A DNA stretch of 64,000 bases, taken from contig CANPIC010000007.1 of assembly GCA_947574055.1 (NCBI GenBank), positions 2,567-66,566 of the forward strand, in the 5' to 3' direction. Within the stretch, counting starts at the first letter, position 1; the number at the start of each line of letters is the position of its first letter. This stretch comes from an uncultured bacterium (GTDB lineage Bacteria > Bacillota > Clostridia > Lachnospirales > Lachnospiraceae). Shown piece after piece: positions 19,617-29,541 of the stretch. The translations under genes were made by a program, and so were the position numbers. Below the pieces are notes generated by a model that was not told the origin of the DNA, searched no databases, and worked only from the letters and a program-made list of their open reading frames with translations.

Positions 19617-20306
19617 GTGGAGGAGTTTAAGCTAAAGTTTTATACGAACTTTATCAAAGATGACAGATATATGTATCTGGTCAAGGGGCTTGGAAATACA
19701 CTGGCCATTACATTTCTGGCGGTGCTGCTTGGTATCGTGCTGGGATTTCTGGTGGCGATCATACGTTCCACGCATGATAAGACCGGCAAAGGAAAGATCG
19801 CGAATATGATCTGTCAGGTCTATCTGACCGTGATCAGAGGGACACCGATGATGGTGCAGCTGATGATTATGTGTTATGTGGTATTTGGCAACTACAATAT
19901 CAGCAAGCTGATCGTGGCAACACTTGCGTTTGGTATCAACTCGGGAGCCTATGTGGCAGAGATCGTCCGTTCCGGTATTATGTCCATTGATCAGGGGCAG
20001 CTTGAGGCCGGCCGGAGTCTGGGATTTGGCTATGCGCAGACGATGTGGTATATCATTATGCCGCAGGCATTTAAGAATGTGCTGCCGGCACTGGCCAATG
20101 AATTTATTGTACTTTTAAAGGAGACCTCCGTCTGTGGATACATAGGAATGATGGATCTGACCAGAGGCGGTGATATCATAAGAAGCCGTACTTATGAGCC
20201 TTTTATGCCACTGATCGGCGTTGCCCTGATCTATCTGGTGATGGTCATGGTGCTTTCGGGGCTGGTTGGCAAACTGGAAAGGAGGCTGCGTACAAGTGAG
20301 CGATAA
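19617..20306 (+). CDS. Amino-acid ABC permease (HisM/GlnP family)
   Basis: [33 protein letters not shown]; GTG start inferred. Confidence 0.93.
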   Translation: MEEFKLKFYTNFIKDDRYMYLVKGLGNTLAITFLAVLLGIVLGFLVAIIRSTHDKTGKGKIANMICQVYLTVIRGTPMMVQLMIMCYVVFGNYNISKLIVATLAFGINSGAYVAEIVRSGIMSIDQGQLEAGRSLGFGYAQTMWYIIMPQAFKNVLPALANEFIVLLKETSVCGYIGMMDLTRGGDIIRSRTYEPFMPLIGVALIYLVMVMVLSGLVGKLERRLRTSER

Positions 20307-21039
20307 GGGAGAAGTACTGTTCCAAATACGGGATCTGTGCAAAGCCTTTGGCAGCAATCTGGTATTGGATCACATCAGCACAGAGATCAGAAGCGGCGAA
20401 GTGGTAGTTATAGTGGGACCGTCCGGTTCCGGTAAATCCACCTTTTTGCGCTCTCTTAACCTTCTGGAAATACCCACTTCAGGGACGATTTCTTTTGAAG
20501 GTATGAATATTACGGACAAGAATACGGATATTAATAAGTACAGGCAAAAGATCGGTATGGTATTTCAGCATTTTAATCTGTTTCCCCACAAGACCATACT
20601 GGAAAATCTGACACTGGCCCCCATCAAGCTACTAAAAAAACCGATGGGTGAGGCAGAGAAGGAGGCAAGGGAACTTCTTGCCAGAGTAGGTCTGGAAGAA
20701 AAGGAAAAGGCCTATCCCTCTCAGCTCTCCGGCGGCCAGAAGCAGAGGATTGCCATTGTACGATCTCTTGCCATGCATCCGGAGGTGATGCTCTTTGACG
20801 AGCCGACTTCCGCTCTGGACCCGGAGATGGTGGGAGAAGTGCTGAATGTTATGACAGACCTGGCCAGAGACGGCATGACCATGGTGATTGTCACTCACGA
20901 GATGGGGTTTGCCAGAGAAGTGGGAACCAGAATCCTCTTTATCGATGAAGGCGTGATCAAAGAGGAAAACAAACCGGCAGCGTTTTTTGAGAATCCCTCC
21001 AATCCCAGATTGAAGGAATTCTTATCAAAAATTATATAA
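20296..21039 (+). CDS. Amino-acid ABC ATPase (GlnQ family)
   Basis: [35 protein letters not shown]. Confidence 0.95.
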   Translation: MSDKGEVLFQIRDLCKAFGSNLVLDHISTEIRSGEVVVIVGPSGSGKSTFLRSLNLLEIPTSGTISFEGMNITDKNTDINKYRQKIGMVFQHFNLFPHKTILENLTLAPIKLLKKPMGEAEKEARELLARVGLEEKEKAYPSQLSGGQKQRIAIVRSLAMHPEVMLFDEPTSALDPEMVGEVLNVMTDLARDGMTMVIVTHEMGFAREVGTRILFIDEGVIKEENKPAAFFENPSNPRLKEFLSKII

Positions 21040-21156
21040 ACAGCAGAGCCCCGGAGCATGCATAGATAAGATAACGGACGCAGGAGGCGAACGTGATCTT
21101 ATCTGGAGAAAATGCATGGGGAGGGGAACTGCGGAACTTCTAATAGGAGGACGGGT

Positions 21157-22284
21157 ATGGTAATCAAAAATGGGCTGGTATTTCAGCCGGACGGCAGTTT
21201 TGCCGAAAAGGATGTTTACATTGCGGGGGAACGGATTGCGGACACCGGGGATGCCGCTGACTGTATGGATGCCAGTGGATGTTATGTCATTCCGGGATTG
21301 ATGGACGTTCATTTCCATGGCTGTGTGGGCCATGATTTCTGCGACGGTTCGCAGGAATCCATAGCAGCCATGGCGGAATATGAACTGCAAAATGGTGTCA
21401 CAAGTATCTGTCCGGCGACGATGACGCTGGGGGAAGAGGTATTGATGCAGATAGCAGAGGCTGCCGCCGCTTATCAGAAGGCGGAGCATGCAGAGGGCGC
21501 CGAACTGGTGGGCATCAATATGGAAGGACCTTTTATCTCGCTGGAAAAGAAGGGAGCACAGAATCCGGAGTTTATCGCCAGAGCAGATGCAGATATGCTG
21601 CGCAGGCTGCAGAAAGCATCGGGCGGCCTGATCCGTCTGTGTGCACTGGCGCCGGAAGAAGAAGGGGCCATGGAATTTATTGATGCCTGCAAAGATGAGG
21701 TGGTGATCTCCGTGGCTCATACAACGGCAGACTATGATACTGCAAAAGAGGCCTTTGAACGGGGGGCCAGACAGGTGACACATCTGTACAATGCGATGCC
21801 GCCTTTTTCACACAGAGCGCCCGGGGTGATCGGTGCTGCCTGTGACAGTGACTGTAATGTGGAGCTGATCTGCGACGGTATCCATGTACATCCGTCGGTC
21901 ATCCGCACCACTTTTAAAATGTTCGGGGATGACCGTATCATCATGATCAGTGACAGCATGGAAGCCACAGGACTGTCGGACGGGGAATATTCCCTGGGTG
22001 GTCAGAAAGTGACGGTGCGGGGCAATCTGGCAACTCTGACAGAAGGAGGTGCCATTGCGGGTTCTGCGACCAATCTGATGAACTGTCTGCGCTATGCTGT
22101 GAAAACAGCTGGAATCCCGCTGACAAGTGTGGTCAAATGCGTAACCCAGAATCCGGCCAGGGCTATCGGCCTGTCTGCGGATTATGGAAGCATTGAGAAC
22201 GGAAAGTATGCCAATCTTGTAATTTTGGACAAAGATCTGCAGATCAGGGCGATCCTGAAAAAGGGAAAACAGCAGAATTATTAA
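21157..22284 (+). CDS. nagA: N-acetylglucosamine-6-phosphate deacetylase
   Basis: PGLMDVHFHG, EGPF, KGAQ, HLYNAM, DGIH, IAGS. Confidence 0.94.
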   Translation: MVIKNGLVFQPDGSFAEKDVYIAGERIADTGDAADCMDASGCYVIPGLMDVHFHGCVGHDFCDGSQESIAAMAEYELQNGVTSICPATMTLGEEVLMQIAEAAAAYQKAEHAEGAELVGINMEGPFISLEKKGAQNPEFIARADADMLRRLQKASGGLIRLCALAPEEEGAMEFIDACKDEVVISVAHTTADYDTAKEAFERGARQVTHLYNAMPPFSHRAPGVIGAACDSDCNVELICDGIHVHPSVIRTTFKMFGDDRIIMISDSMEATGLSDGEYSLGGQKVTVRGNLATLTEGGAIAGSATNLMNCLRYAVKTAGIPLTSVVKCVTQNPARAIGLSADYGSIENGKYANLVILDKDLQIRAILKKGKQQNY

Positions 22285-22386
22285 GATTGTATGAATAATT
22301 TAAAGATTTATAAAAATTTTGTTCCGCAGTATCCAAAGTAAGCAATTTTATGCTATACTTTACCTGATATTGGTAAAGAAAGGCGT

Positions 22387-23928
22387 TTGATTATATTGCA
22401 GTTGAACGGATCAAAATTCAAAGAAAAACTGAATGAAACTTTAAAAGCAGTGTTCCCGATTATCGCGATTGTATTGTTGCTGTGTTTTACCATTGCGCCT
22501 ATTTCACCGAGTATTCTGATGGCATTTTTGATAGGTGCGGTATTGCTGACTGCGGGGATGCTGCTTTTTTCTATCGGGGCAGAACTGTCCATGACGCCTA
22601 TCGGTGAACGGGTGGGTACTACGATGACCAAGAGCCGTAAGTTATCTGTGATGGTGTTTGTCAGCTTTATTCTCGGGTTTATCATCACCATTTCCGAACC
22701 GGATCTGCAGGTGCTGGCCGGGCAGGTTCCTTCGGTGCCCAATCTGGTGCTGATTCTGGCAGTGGCAGTGGGAGTAGGCTGTTTCCTGGTGGTAGCACTG
22801 CTTCGTATGCTGTTCGCCATTACACTGCCATATATGCTGCTTGTCTTTTATGTGGTGGTATTTATTCTGGCTTATTTTGTTCCCGGTGATTTCCTTTCTG
22901 TGGCTTTTGATTCCGGCGGCGTAACTACAGGGCCGATGACAGTGCCGTTTATCATAGCGCTGGGTGTGGGTATTTCCGCCATCCGAAGTGACGAACATGC
23001 GGCGGACGACAGTTTCGGTCTGGTATCGCTCTGTTCGGTGGGGCCGATCATCGCGGTGCTTATCCTGGGTATGATTTACAAGCCGGGGAGTGCTGACTAT
23101 GTCCCGGCGTCTATTCCGGATATTGACAATTCTGTCGAGCTCTGGAAGCTGTTTTCGGAAGGATTTCCTGATTACATAAAAGAAATGGCGATTTCTCTGC
23201 TGCCGATCATACTCTTTTTCGGAGTATTTCAGATTATTTCCAGAGATATCGAAAAGAAGGCGCTGATCAGGATTGTGATCGGCCTGGCCTATACTTATGT
23301 GGGGCTTGTTTTATTTCTTACCGGAGTGAACGTAGGTTTTATGCCGGCGGGGAACTACCTGGGGCAGGTCATTGCCGGACTGCCCTATGCGTGGATCATC
23401 GTACCCATCGGCATGATCATCGGCTATTTTATTGTATTGGCGGAGCCGGCGGTGTTCGTGCTTACCAGGCAGGTGGAAGAGATTACGGCGGGTTCGATCT
23501 CTGCCAAATCCATGGAACTGAGTCTCTCCATCGGAGTAGCAGTTTCACTTGGTCTGGCTATGATCAGGGTGCTGACAGGGATTTCCATTATGTGGTTTAT
23601 CATACCGGGTTATGCAGTGGCGCTGCTTCTGACTTTTTTTGTACCGAGGATTTTTACGGCCATCGCCTTTGACTCCGGCGGGGTGGCGTCCGGTCCGATG
23701 ACAGCGACATTCCTGTTGCCGCTGGCTATGGGGGCCTGTAGCGTGCTGGGCGGTAATATCGTCACGGACGCGTTTGGCGTGGTGGCCATGGTGGCCATGA
23801 CGCCGCTGATTACCATACAGGGGCTGGGACTGCTTTACCGCCTGAAAGCCGAACATCCGCAGCAGCAGGCAGAGGGTGCATTGGCATCCATTGATATGTT
23901 TGGCGATATGGAAATCATTGAACTGTAA
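22387..23928 (+). CDS. DUF1538 membrane protein, two fused repeats
   Basis: Two copies of EP..., AFDSGGV(T/A)(T/S)GPMT, D(S/A)FG; highly hydrophobic. Confidence 0.88.
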   Translation: MIILQLNGSKFKEKLNETLKAVFPIIAIVLLLCFTIAPISPSILMAFLIGAVLLTAGMLLFSIGAELSMTPIGERVGTTMTKSRKLSVMVFVSFILGFIITISEPDLQVLAGQVPSVPNLVLILAVAVGVGCFLVVALLRMLFAITLPYMLLVFYVVVFILAYFVPGDFLSVAFDSGGVTTGPMTVPFIIALGVGISAIRSDEHAADDSFGLVSLCSVGPIIAVLILGMIYKPGSADYVPASIPDIDNSVELWKLFSEGFPDYIKEMAISLLPIILFFGVFQIISRDIEKKALIRIVIGLAYTYVGLVLFLTGVNVGFMPAGNYLGQVIAGLPYAWIIVPIGMIIGYFIVLAEPAVFVLTRQVEEITAGSISAKSMELSLSIGVAVSLGLAMIRVLTGISIMWFIIPGYAVALLLTFFVPRIFTAIAFDSGGVASGPMTATFLLPLAMGACSVLGGNIVTDAFGVVAMVAMTPLITIQGLGLLYRLKAEHPQQQAEGALASIDMFGDMEIIEL

Positions 23929-24005
23929 CAGGCAGCGCATAGACAGTCGGATATCTGGGCCAAAGGGTGCAGGCGTCCGGGCAGATAGGCACAGCGGGGT
24001 AAAAT

Positions 24006-24686
24006 ATGAGTAAATTATATATGATGACTACCATCATCAACAGAAACCAGATGAAAAAATATCTGGGACTTTATAAAGAAGAAGGCCTTCTGGTCACTTT
24101 TATCACGCTGGGATCAGGAACGGCATCGGGGGCCATGCTGGATTATTTCGGGCTCGAAGCCACTGAGAAAACCGTGATTTTTACCGTGCTGGAAGAGGAT
24201 CGCTGGCTGATTATACAAAAAGCGCTGCGGCACAAATTCCGCATTGATGCACCGGGAGAGGGGATAGCTTTTATCGTTCCGCTGAGCAGCATCGGTGGGA
24301 AGAAAGCATTGCAGTTTCTGACAGCGGATCAGGAGTTCCGGAAAGAGGAGGAATCGGCTTTGAAGGATACGGTCTATGAACTTATTATTATCATTGCCAA
24401 TCAGGGGAATATAGAACTGGTAATGGATGCGGCCAGAAGCGCCGGTGCCTATGGGGGCACGGTTCTCCACGCCAAAGGAACCGGTATGGAACAGGCGGAA
24501 AAGTTTATGGGGGTTTCTCTGGCTGCCGAGAAGGAAATGATCTTTATTGTGGCAAAAAAGGACCAAAAGAACGTAATCATGCAAGCGGTTATGGAGAAAG
24601 CAGGATTAAAGACCAAGGCGAAGGCGATCGTCTTTTCGCTGCCGGTAACGGATACTGCCGGTCTGAGGCTACTGGAAGAAGATTAG
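24006..24686 (+). CDS. P-II-like signal protein, two tandem domains
   Basis: G.GTA..EK..GEGIAF.VP and A.GTG..EKE..IVFSLPV repeats; adjacent to DUF1538. Confidence 0.82.
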   Translation: MSKLYMMTTIINRNQMKKYLGLYKEEGLLVTFITLGSGTASGAMLDYFGLEATEKTVIFTVLEEDRWLIIQKALRHKFRIDAPGEGIAFIVPLSSIGGKKALQFLTADQEFRKEEESALKDTVYELIIIIANQGNIELVMDAARSAGAYGGTVLHAKGTGMEQAEKFMGVSLAAEKEMIFIVAKKDQKNVIMQAVMEKAGLKTKAKAIVFSLPVTDTAGLRLLEED

Positions 24687-24791
24687 GATCTGACGGCAGG
24701 CAAAAGGGCAGAGGTAGCCAAGCCCGGGCAATGACATTTATCATGAACTTTGGAGAATGGGCATATACTGGTCAAAAAGGAAGTAACAGAT

Positions 24792-25502
24792 ATGCTGAAT
24801 ATGATCTGGGGAAGCATGATCATCATCGGGATCGTATATGGCTCTCTGACCGGCCATATGGCGGAAGTGACCAATGCGGCACTGGATTCCTCCCGGGAAG
24901 CAGTGAACCTGTGTATTACAATGATCGGAGTGATGGCACTCTGGATGGGACTGATGGAAATCGCGGAAAAAGCGGGACTGATCGACAAATGGACAAAGGC
25001 GATCAGTCCCTTTATTTCGTTTATGTTTCCGGATATTCCCAAAGAACATATGGCAAGGAAATATATATCCACCAATATCATTGCCAATGTGCTGGGCCTG
25101 GGCTGGGCCTGTACCCCTGCCGGATTAAAAGCGATGGAGGAACTGGCGAAGCTGGAGGCGGAGAGGGGGACGCCGGGGTATGCGTCTGTGAATGGGCCTG
25201 TGAAAAACGGCAGTGTGGAAACGGCAGGCGGACGTGATAGAGGAGGCATAACAGATAGCCGGGGAGTTGTAGACGGAAGAAAAGGAAAGGGGGAACGCAT
25301 TGCCAGCAATGAGATGTGTACGTTTCTGATACTAAATATTTCTTCCCTGCAGCTTATTCCAGTGAATATGATTGCGTACCGGCAGCAGTATGGAAGCGTG
25401 AATCCGGCAGGGATCATTGCACCGGCGATTGCGGCGACCTTTGTGAGTACACTGGTGGCGGTGGTGTATTGTAAGGGGAAGGGAAGAAAGCGGAGAGTGT
25501 GA
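24792..25502 (+). CDS. spmA: Spore maturation protein A (nucleoside recognition/Gate family)
   Basis: MLNMIW, LWMGLM.IA, NIIANVLGLG.A.TP.GLKAM, NISSLQLIP. Confidence 0.9.
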   Translation: MLNMIWGSMIIIGIVYGSLTGHMAEVTNAALDSSREAVNLCITMIGVMALWMGLMEIAEKAGLIDKWTKAISPFISFMFPDIPKEHMARKYISTNIIANVLGLGWACTPAGLKAMEELAKLEAERGTPGYASVNGPVKNGSVETAGGRDRGGITDSRGVVDGRKGKGERIASNEMCTFLILNISSLQLIPVNMIAYRQQYGSVNPAGIIAPAIAATFVSTLVAVVYCKGKGRKRRV

Positions 25503-25710
25503 GGCTCTTCGCTTTTCATCTGCATTTGGTATTGATATTATATAATTGGCAAATTAGGATGCAATGAAACCTTTATTTATATTATTATCCCAAAGACTGG
25601 AATGTAAAACTGGCAGGGGATATGAATCAGTGTATGAATAAAAGTATTGCACAAAATGATTATTACTGCTATGTATAGAATGGATGATTGACAGTGAGGA
25701 GTGTGCAGGC

Positions 25711-25908
25711 ATGGGTATATACTTAAATCCGACATTGATTCTGGAACTGAAATGGGATAAAACTGCTGAAGGAGCGATGAGACAGATGAAAAGGAAAGGA
25801 TATGTATCAGCCCTTAAAGAGTATAAAGGCAATATTTTGCTTGTCGGAATTAATTATGAGAAGAAAAATAAGAGGCATCCATGCAAAATAGAAAGAGTTG
25901 AACTATGA
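25711..25908 (+). pseudogene. Internally deleted remnant of an AAA-ATPase/PD-(D/E)XK nuclease gene
   Basis: N-terminal MGIYLNP fused directly to C-terminal LELKWDKTA.GA..Q...Y...LLVGINY..H.C.IE; AT-rich context. Confidence 0.7.
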
Positions 25909-26104
25909 CTGTAAGTATTGGCAGCATATGTTATCAAACGGAAAGGCTTTGCCGGCAGGTATTGTATCGCAGGCTTTTTCCGTTTCAATCGCCTGCGGCA
26001 GGCTATTGATATGGCTGATACTACCATAACTAAAATAGCCATATCTATGTAAAATTCAGCAAAATTGGAAAATTTTCTTGTATAATTTTGTAAGAAAAAC
26101 CAGT

Positions 26105-26132
26105 TTGACAGACGCGGATTATGTAGTATGAT
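26105..26132 (+). promoter_or_regulatory. Sigma-A promoter for the DUF3048 gene
   Basis: TTGACA-16bp-TATGAT. Confidence 0.6.
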
Positions 26133-26182
26133 AAGAAATGGGGAGTGACCCAAATAAGAAACGAAAGGATTTTGGTGAACCA

Positions 26183-27322
26183 ATGAAAAGAAAATCAGTG
26201 TTATTTTTAACTTCTGTTGTTCTGGCGGCTATGCTTTTGGGCGGATGCGGCAAGGATGAGGAAAAGGATAGCGCTTCCGTTCTGGATGATGTTGCCGAAG
26301 AGACTGTTGAGGCCGAGGAGCCTGGGGTCGTAGAGGCTGAGACAGAGGAGACGGAAGAAACAGAGGAGATTCCGGAGGGGATGTACCGGAGTGAGCTGAC
26401 CAATGAATGGATTGATGAGAGTCTGAAAAATCAGCGTCCTATCGCAGCGATGGTCGACAATGAAAAGACCGCCCTGCCGCACTACGGACTGTCCGATGCA
26501 GATGTAGTGTATGAGCTGATGAACAGCACCAAGAACGGCAGAATCACCCGTCTGATGGCGATTGTGAAAGACTGGGGGAAAATCGAGCAGCTGGGCAGTG
26601 TGCGCAGTACCCGTCCTACCAATATTTTGCTTGCGGCAGAGTGGAACGCGGTTCTTTGCCATGACGGAGGTCCGTTCTATATTGATCCTTATCTGGCAGA
26701 GGATTATTCCGCGCATTTCAGCGGCGGTTTCGACAGAGTCAACAATGGTAAGGCAAGAGAGTTTACGGAATATATCTGTACGGGTAATCTGGATTCCAAA
26801 TTTGATGCCTCCAATTATTCCAGAGAATATGACAAGTATTATGAAGGCAAGGACATCGAAGATTATCAGCATTTCAAGTTCGCGGAAGGTGAACTGACAC
26901 TGGATGACAAGGATGGCGTCATAGATGCGACCTCCATTTCTCTGCCGTTCCCGCACAATGAATCGGCTTTGAAATATAATGAAGAGACAAAGACATATGA
27001 TTATTATGATTATAACAACAAACATGTAGATCCGGGCAATGGGGATGCGGTTCTTACGTTCAAAAATGTACTGCTTCAGAACTGTACCTTCCATCAGTAT
27101 GATGAGAACGGCTACATGATCTATAACTGCCTTGATGCAAGCAATCGTGACGGATACTATATCACAAACGGTAAAGCAATTCCCATCACCTGGGTGAAGG
27201 TAGGCGATACCAATGCCACCCGTTACTATGATATGGATGGCAACGAGATCAGCATCAACACAGGAAAGACTTATATCTCCCTTGTTCCCGATGACGGCTG
27301 GAAGGATTTGTCCATCGAGTAA
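26183..27322 (+). CDS. DUF3048 (YerB-like) lipoprotein
   Basis: Lipobox LGGC; RPIAAMVDN, PHYGL..ADVVYE, ITRLMA, GSVRSTR, GKTYI. Confidence 0.88.
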   Translation: MKRKSVLFLTSVVLAAMLLGGCGKDEEKDSASVLDDVAEETVEAEEPGVVEAETEETEETEEIPEGMYRSELTNEWIDESLKNQRPIAAMVDNEKTALPHYGLSDADVVYELMNSTKNGRITRLMAIVKDWGKIEQLGSVRSTRPTNILLAAEWNAVLCHDGGPFYIDPYLAEDYSAHFSGGFDRVNNGKAREFTEYICTGNLDSKFDASNYSREYDKYYEGKDIEDYQHFKFAEGELTLDDKDGVIDATSISLPFPHNESALKYNEETKTYDYYDYNNKHVDPGNGDAVLTFKNVLLQNCTFHQYDENGYMIYNCLDASNRDGYYITNGKAIPITWVKVGDTNATRYYDMDGNEISINTGKTYISLVPDDGWKDLSIE

Positions 27323-27365
27323 ATAAGGATTATGGTTTCATGGAAAAGGGCGAAGCGGACTGAAG

Positions 27366-28313
27366 ATGGCAGCGGAAATGCAACAATCCGGTATGGATTC
27401 AGAAGATATGCGGGGGCTCTTGTATTCTATGGTATCCGCATTTACGAAGGCCATTGATGAAAGGACGCCGTACAATGCCAGCCATACGATGCAGGTGGCG
27501 AATTATGTCAAAGGCATACTTGCCTTTATACGAACGAAATATGAGGCGAACGGACAAAATCCCCTTTTTTCGCAGGATGAGGAAGGGCAGATCGTGATGG
27601 CGGCATATCTTCACGACGTGGGAAAGCTGGTAGTGCCGCTGGATGTGATGAATAAGGCAAACCGGCTGGGACGCGGGGGAATAGAGCGGATTCATGACAG
27701 GTATCTGTTATTAAAAACCTGTCTGGATATAGAACAACTGAAAGGGCGTCTGGATGAGGACGCGTGCCAGAGGCAGAAAGATGTCCTGGATCAGTTGGAA
27801 GCGCGGATTATAGAGGCAGACAGAAAACCCGTCCTCACCCAGGAAGAGATTGCTTATTTTGAAGGAATCGGAACACGCAGTTTCTGCAAGGAGGATGGCA
27901 CAGTGATAGCATGGCTGACGCCTGCAGAACTGCGCAATCTCAAAATCAAAAGAGGGACTCTCAATGTGGAAGAGCGCAGGACTATGGAATACCATGCAGT
28001 GGCCACGCAGAAGATCCTGAAAGAAATCCATTTTGGGAAGTATTATGACAAGGTGACGGAGATCGCAGCGGCTCACCACGAGTTTTTGGACGGGAGCGGA
28101 TACCCGGCAGGATTGTCCGGCAGTCAGATACCGATAGGCACCAGACTGTTGACCATAGCGGATATTTATGATTCGCTGATCGCTACTGACCGCCCCTATA
28201 AAAAACCAATGAGCATGGCGGATGCCAGAGAAAACCTTCTGGAAATGGCCCGGGAGGGAAAGCTGGATCATAAGCTGACAGGACTGTTCTGCGAATATCT
28301 GCAAACAATCTGA
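27366..28313 (+). CDS. HD-GYP cyclic-dinucleotide phosphodiesterase, no sensor domain
   Basis: LHDVGK, HHEFLDGSGYP, IADIYDSL, DRPYKK. Confidence 0.88.
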   Translation: MAAEMQQSGMDSEDMRGLLYSMVSAFTKAIDERTPYNASHTMQVANYVKGILAFIRTKYEANGQNPLFSQDEEGQIVMAAYLHDVGKLVVPLDVMNKANRLGRGGIERIHDRYLLLKTCLDIEQLKGRLDEDACQRQKDVLDQLEARIIEADRKPVLTQEEIAYFEGIGTRSFCKEDGTVIAWLTPAELRNLKIKRGTLNVEERRTMEYHAVATQKILKEIHFGKYYDKVTEIAAAHHEFLDGSGYPAGLSGSQIPIGTRLLTIADIYDSLIATDRPYKKPMSMADARENLLEMAREGKLDHKLTGLFCEYLQTI

Positions 28314-28335
28314 TGGAACCAAAATATGATATCCT

Positions 28336-28387
28336 ATATCCGGACAGTATTGCATATATTGTAATAAAATACTGTCCGGATATTTTT
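28336..28387 (+). terminator. 16-bp inverted repeat with T-tract between HD-GYP gene and spmB
   Basis: ATATCCGGACAGTATT (28336-51) / AATACTGTCCGGATAT (28368-83) then TTTT. Confidence 0.6.
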
Positions 28388-28921
28388 ATGTTCTCAGTTC
28401 TTTCTAACCTTTCTAACATCATCATTCCCCTCATTATTTTTTATATTGTGGCAGAGGGGCTTCTGATGAAAACCAATATCTACGAAAACTTTATCAAAGG
28501 AGCAAAGGATGGCTTTCTGGTGGTCATCCGCATCATGCCCACACTGATCGGACTGATGACTGCAGTGGGCATCTTGCGGGCCTCTGGTTTCCTGGATTTT
28601 ATCGGCAAGATCACCGGCGGTCTGACCGATCCGCTCGGTTTTCCGTCCACACTGATACCGCTGGCTGTCATCAAAATGTTTTCCTCTTCTGCAGCTACCG
28701 GACTGGTACTGGATATTTTCCGGGAATATGGGACGGACTCCTACACCGGTATGGTGACATCCATTATGATGAGCTGTACGGAGACGGTGTTTTACACGAT
28801 GTCGGTTTACTTTATGGCGGCGAAAGTGACAAAAACAAGGTTTACCCTTTCCGGCGCCCTGCTTAGCACTCTGGCAGGTATTGCGGCCAGTGTGGCACTG
28901 GCCGCGGCCATGTGTACATAA
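28388..28921 (+). CDS. spmB: Spore maturation protein B
   Basis: IYENFIKGAKDG, PTLIGLM.AVG.LRASG, GTDSY.G, TETVFYTMSVYF. Confidence 0.9.
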   Translation: MFSVLSNLSNIIIPLIIFYIVAEGLLMKTNIYENFIKGAKDGFLVVIRIMPTLIGLMTAVGILRASGFLDFIGKITGGLTDPLGFPSTLIPLAVIKMFSSSAATGLVLDIFREYGTDSYTGMVTSIMMSCTETVFYTMSVYFMAAKVTKTRFTLSGALLSTLAGIAASVALAAAMCT

Positions 28922-28956
28922 ACAAAGGGAAATTATGGATGATTCATAAAAAATTC

Positions 28957-28985
28957 TTGCATCCCCCGCGTGGTTACGGTAAACT
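28957..28985 (+). promoter_or_regulatory. Probable sigma-A promoter for Mrr-like gene and fabT
   Basis: TTGCAT-17bp-TAAACT. Confidence 0.45.
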
Positions 28986-29072
28986 GGAACTGCCGTAAAA
29001 TGAGCAGATCAGAGCAGCTTATCTGGGAAAGGCGAAGAAATAACGATACAAAAGACAGGGTGGACCAAGGAA

Positions 29073-29516
29073 GTGAAAACGGGTATTATATTATTTTGCA
29101 TACTGTTGGCAGCAGCCTTTGTCTGTGTCCGGCTGCTTCGTCGAAGGCGGCGGGATATTCTGCCGGATGAGATGGAAGGGCATGAGTTTGAGTATTATTG
29201 TGCCGGACTTCTGGAGGACAATGGCTTCCTTGAGGTGGAAGTGACAAAAGGCAGTGGCGATTATGGTGTGGACATTCTGGCCGAAAAGGATGGCATCACC
29301 TATGCCATCCAGTGCAAGCGTTATACAGGGCCGGTGGGCGTGGCTGCGATACAGCAGGCATATGCCGGCCGGGATTATTACGACCGGATGGTAGGGGCGG
29401 TACTGACCAATCAGTATTTCACCGCTCCGGCAGTGGATGCGGCGCGGAAACTGAAAATCCTCCTCTGGGACCGGGGATACCTGGAAGGTATGATGGAAAA
29501 CGGAACGGAGCAGTGA
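29073..29516 (+). CDS. Membrane-anchored Mrr-family (type IV) endonuclease domain protein
   Basis: N-terminal TM helix + RRRRR; EFE, GDYGVD, AIQCKRY, LTNQYFT..A, LWDR. Confidence 0.85.
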   Translation: MKTGIILFCILLAAAFVCVRLLRRRRRDILPDEMEGHEFEYYCAGLLEDNGFLEVEVTKGSGDYGVDILAEKDGITYAIQCKRYTGPVGVAAIQQAYAGRDYYDRMVGAVLTNQYFTAPAVDAARKLKILLWDRGYLEGMMENGTEQ

Positions 29517-29541
29517 TCCCGCCGGTGACAGGAAGGCCGGC

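Noticed and set aside
29073-29516. Restriction-modification system or defence island
   Set aside because: No methyltransferase or other defence genes adjacent
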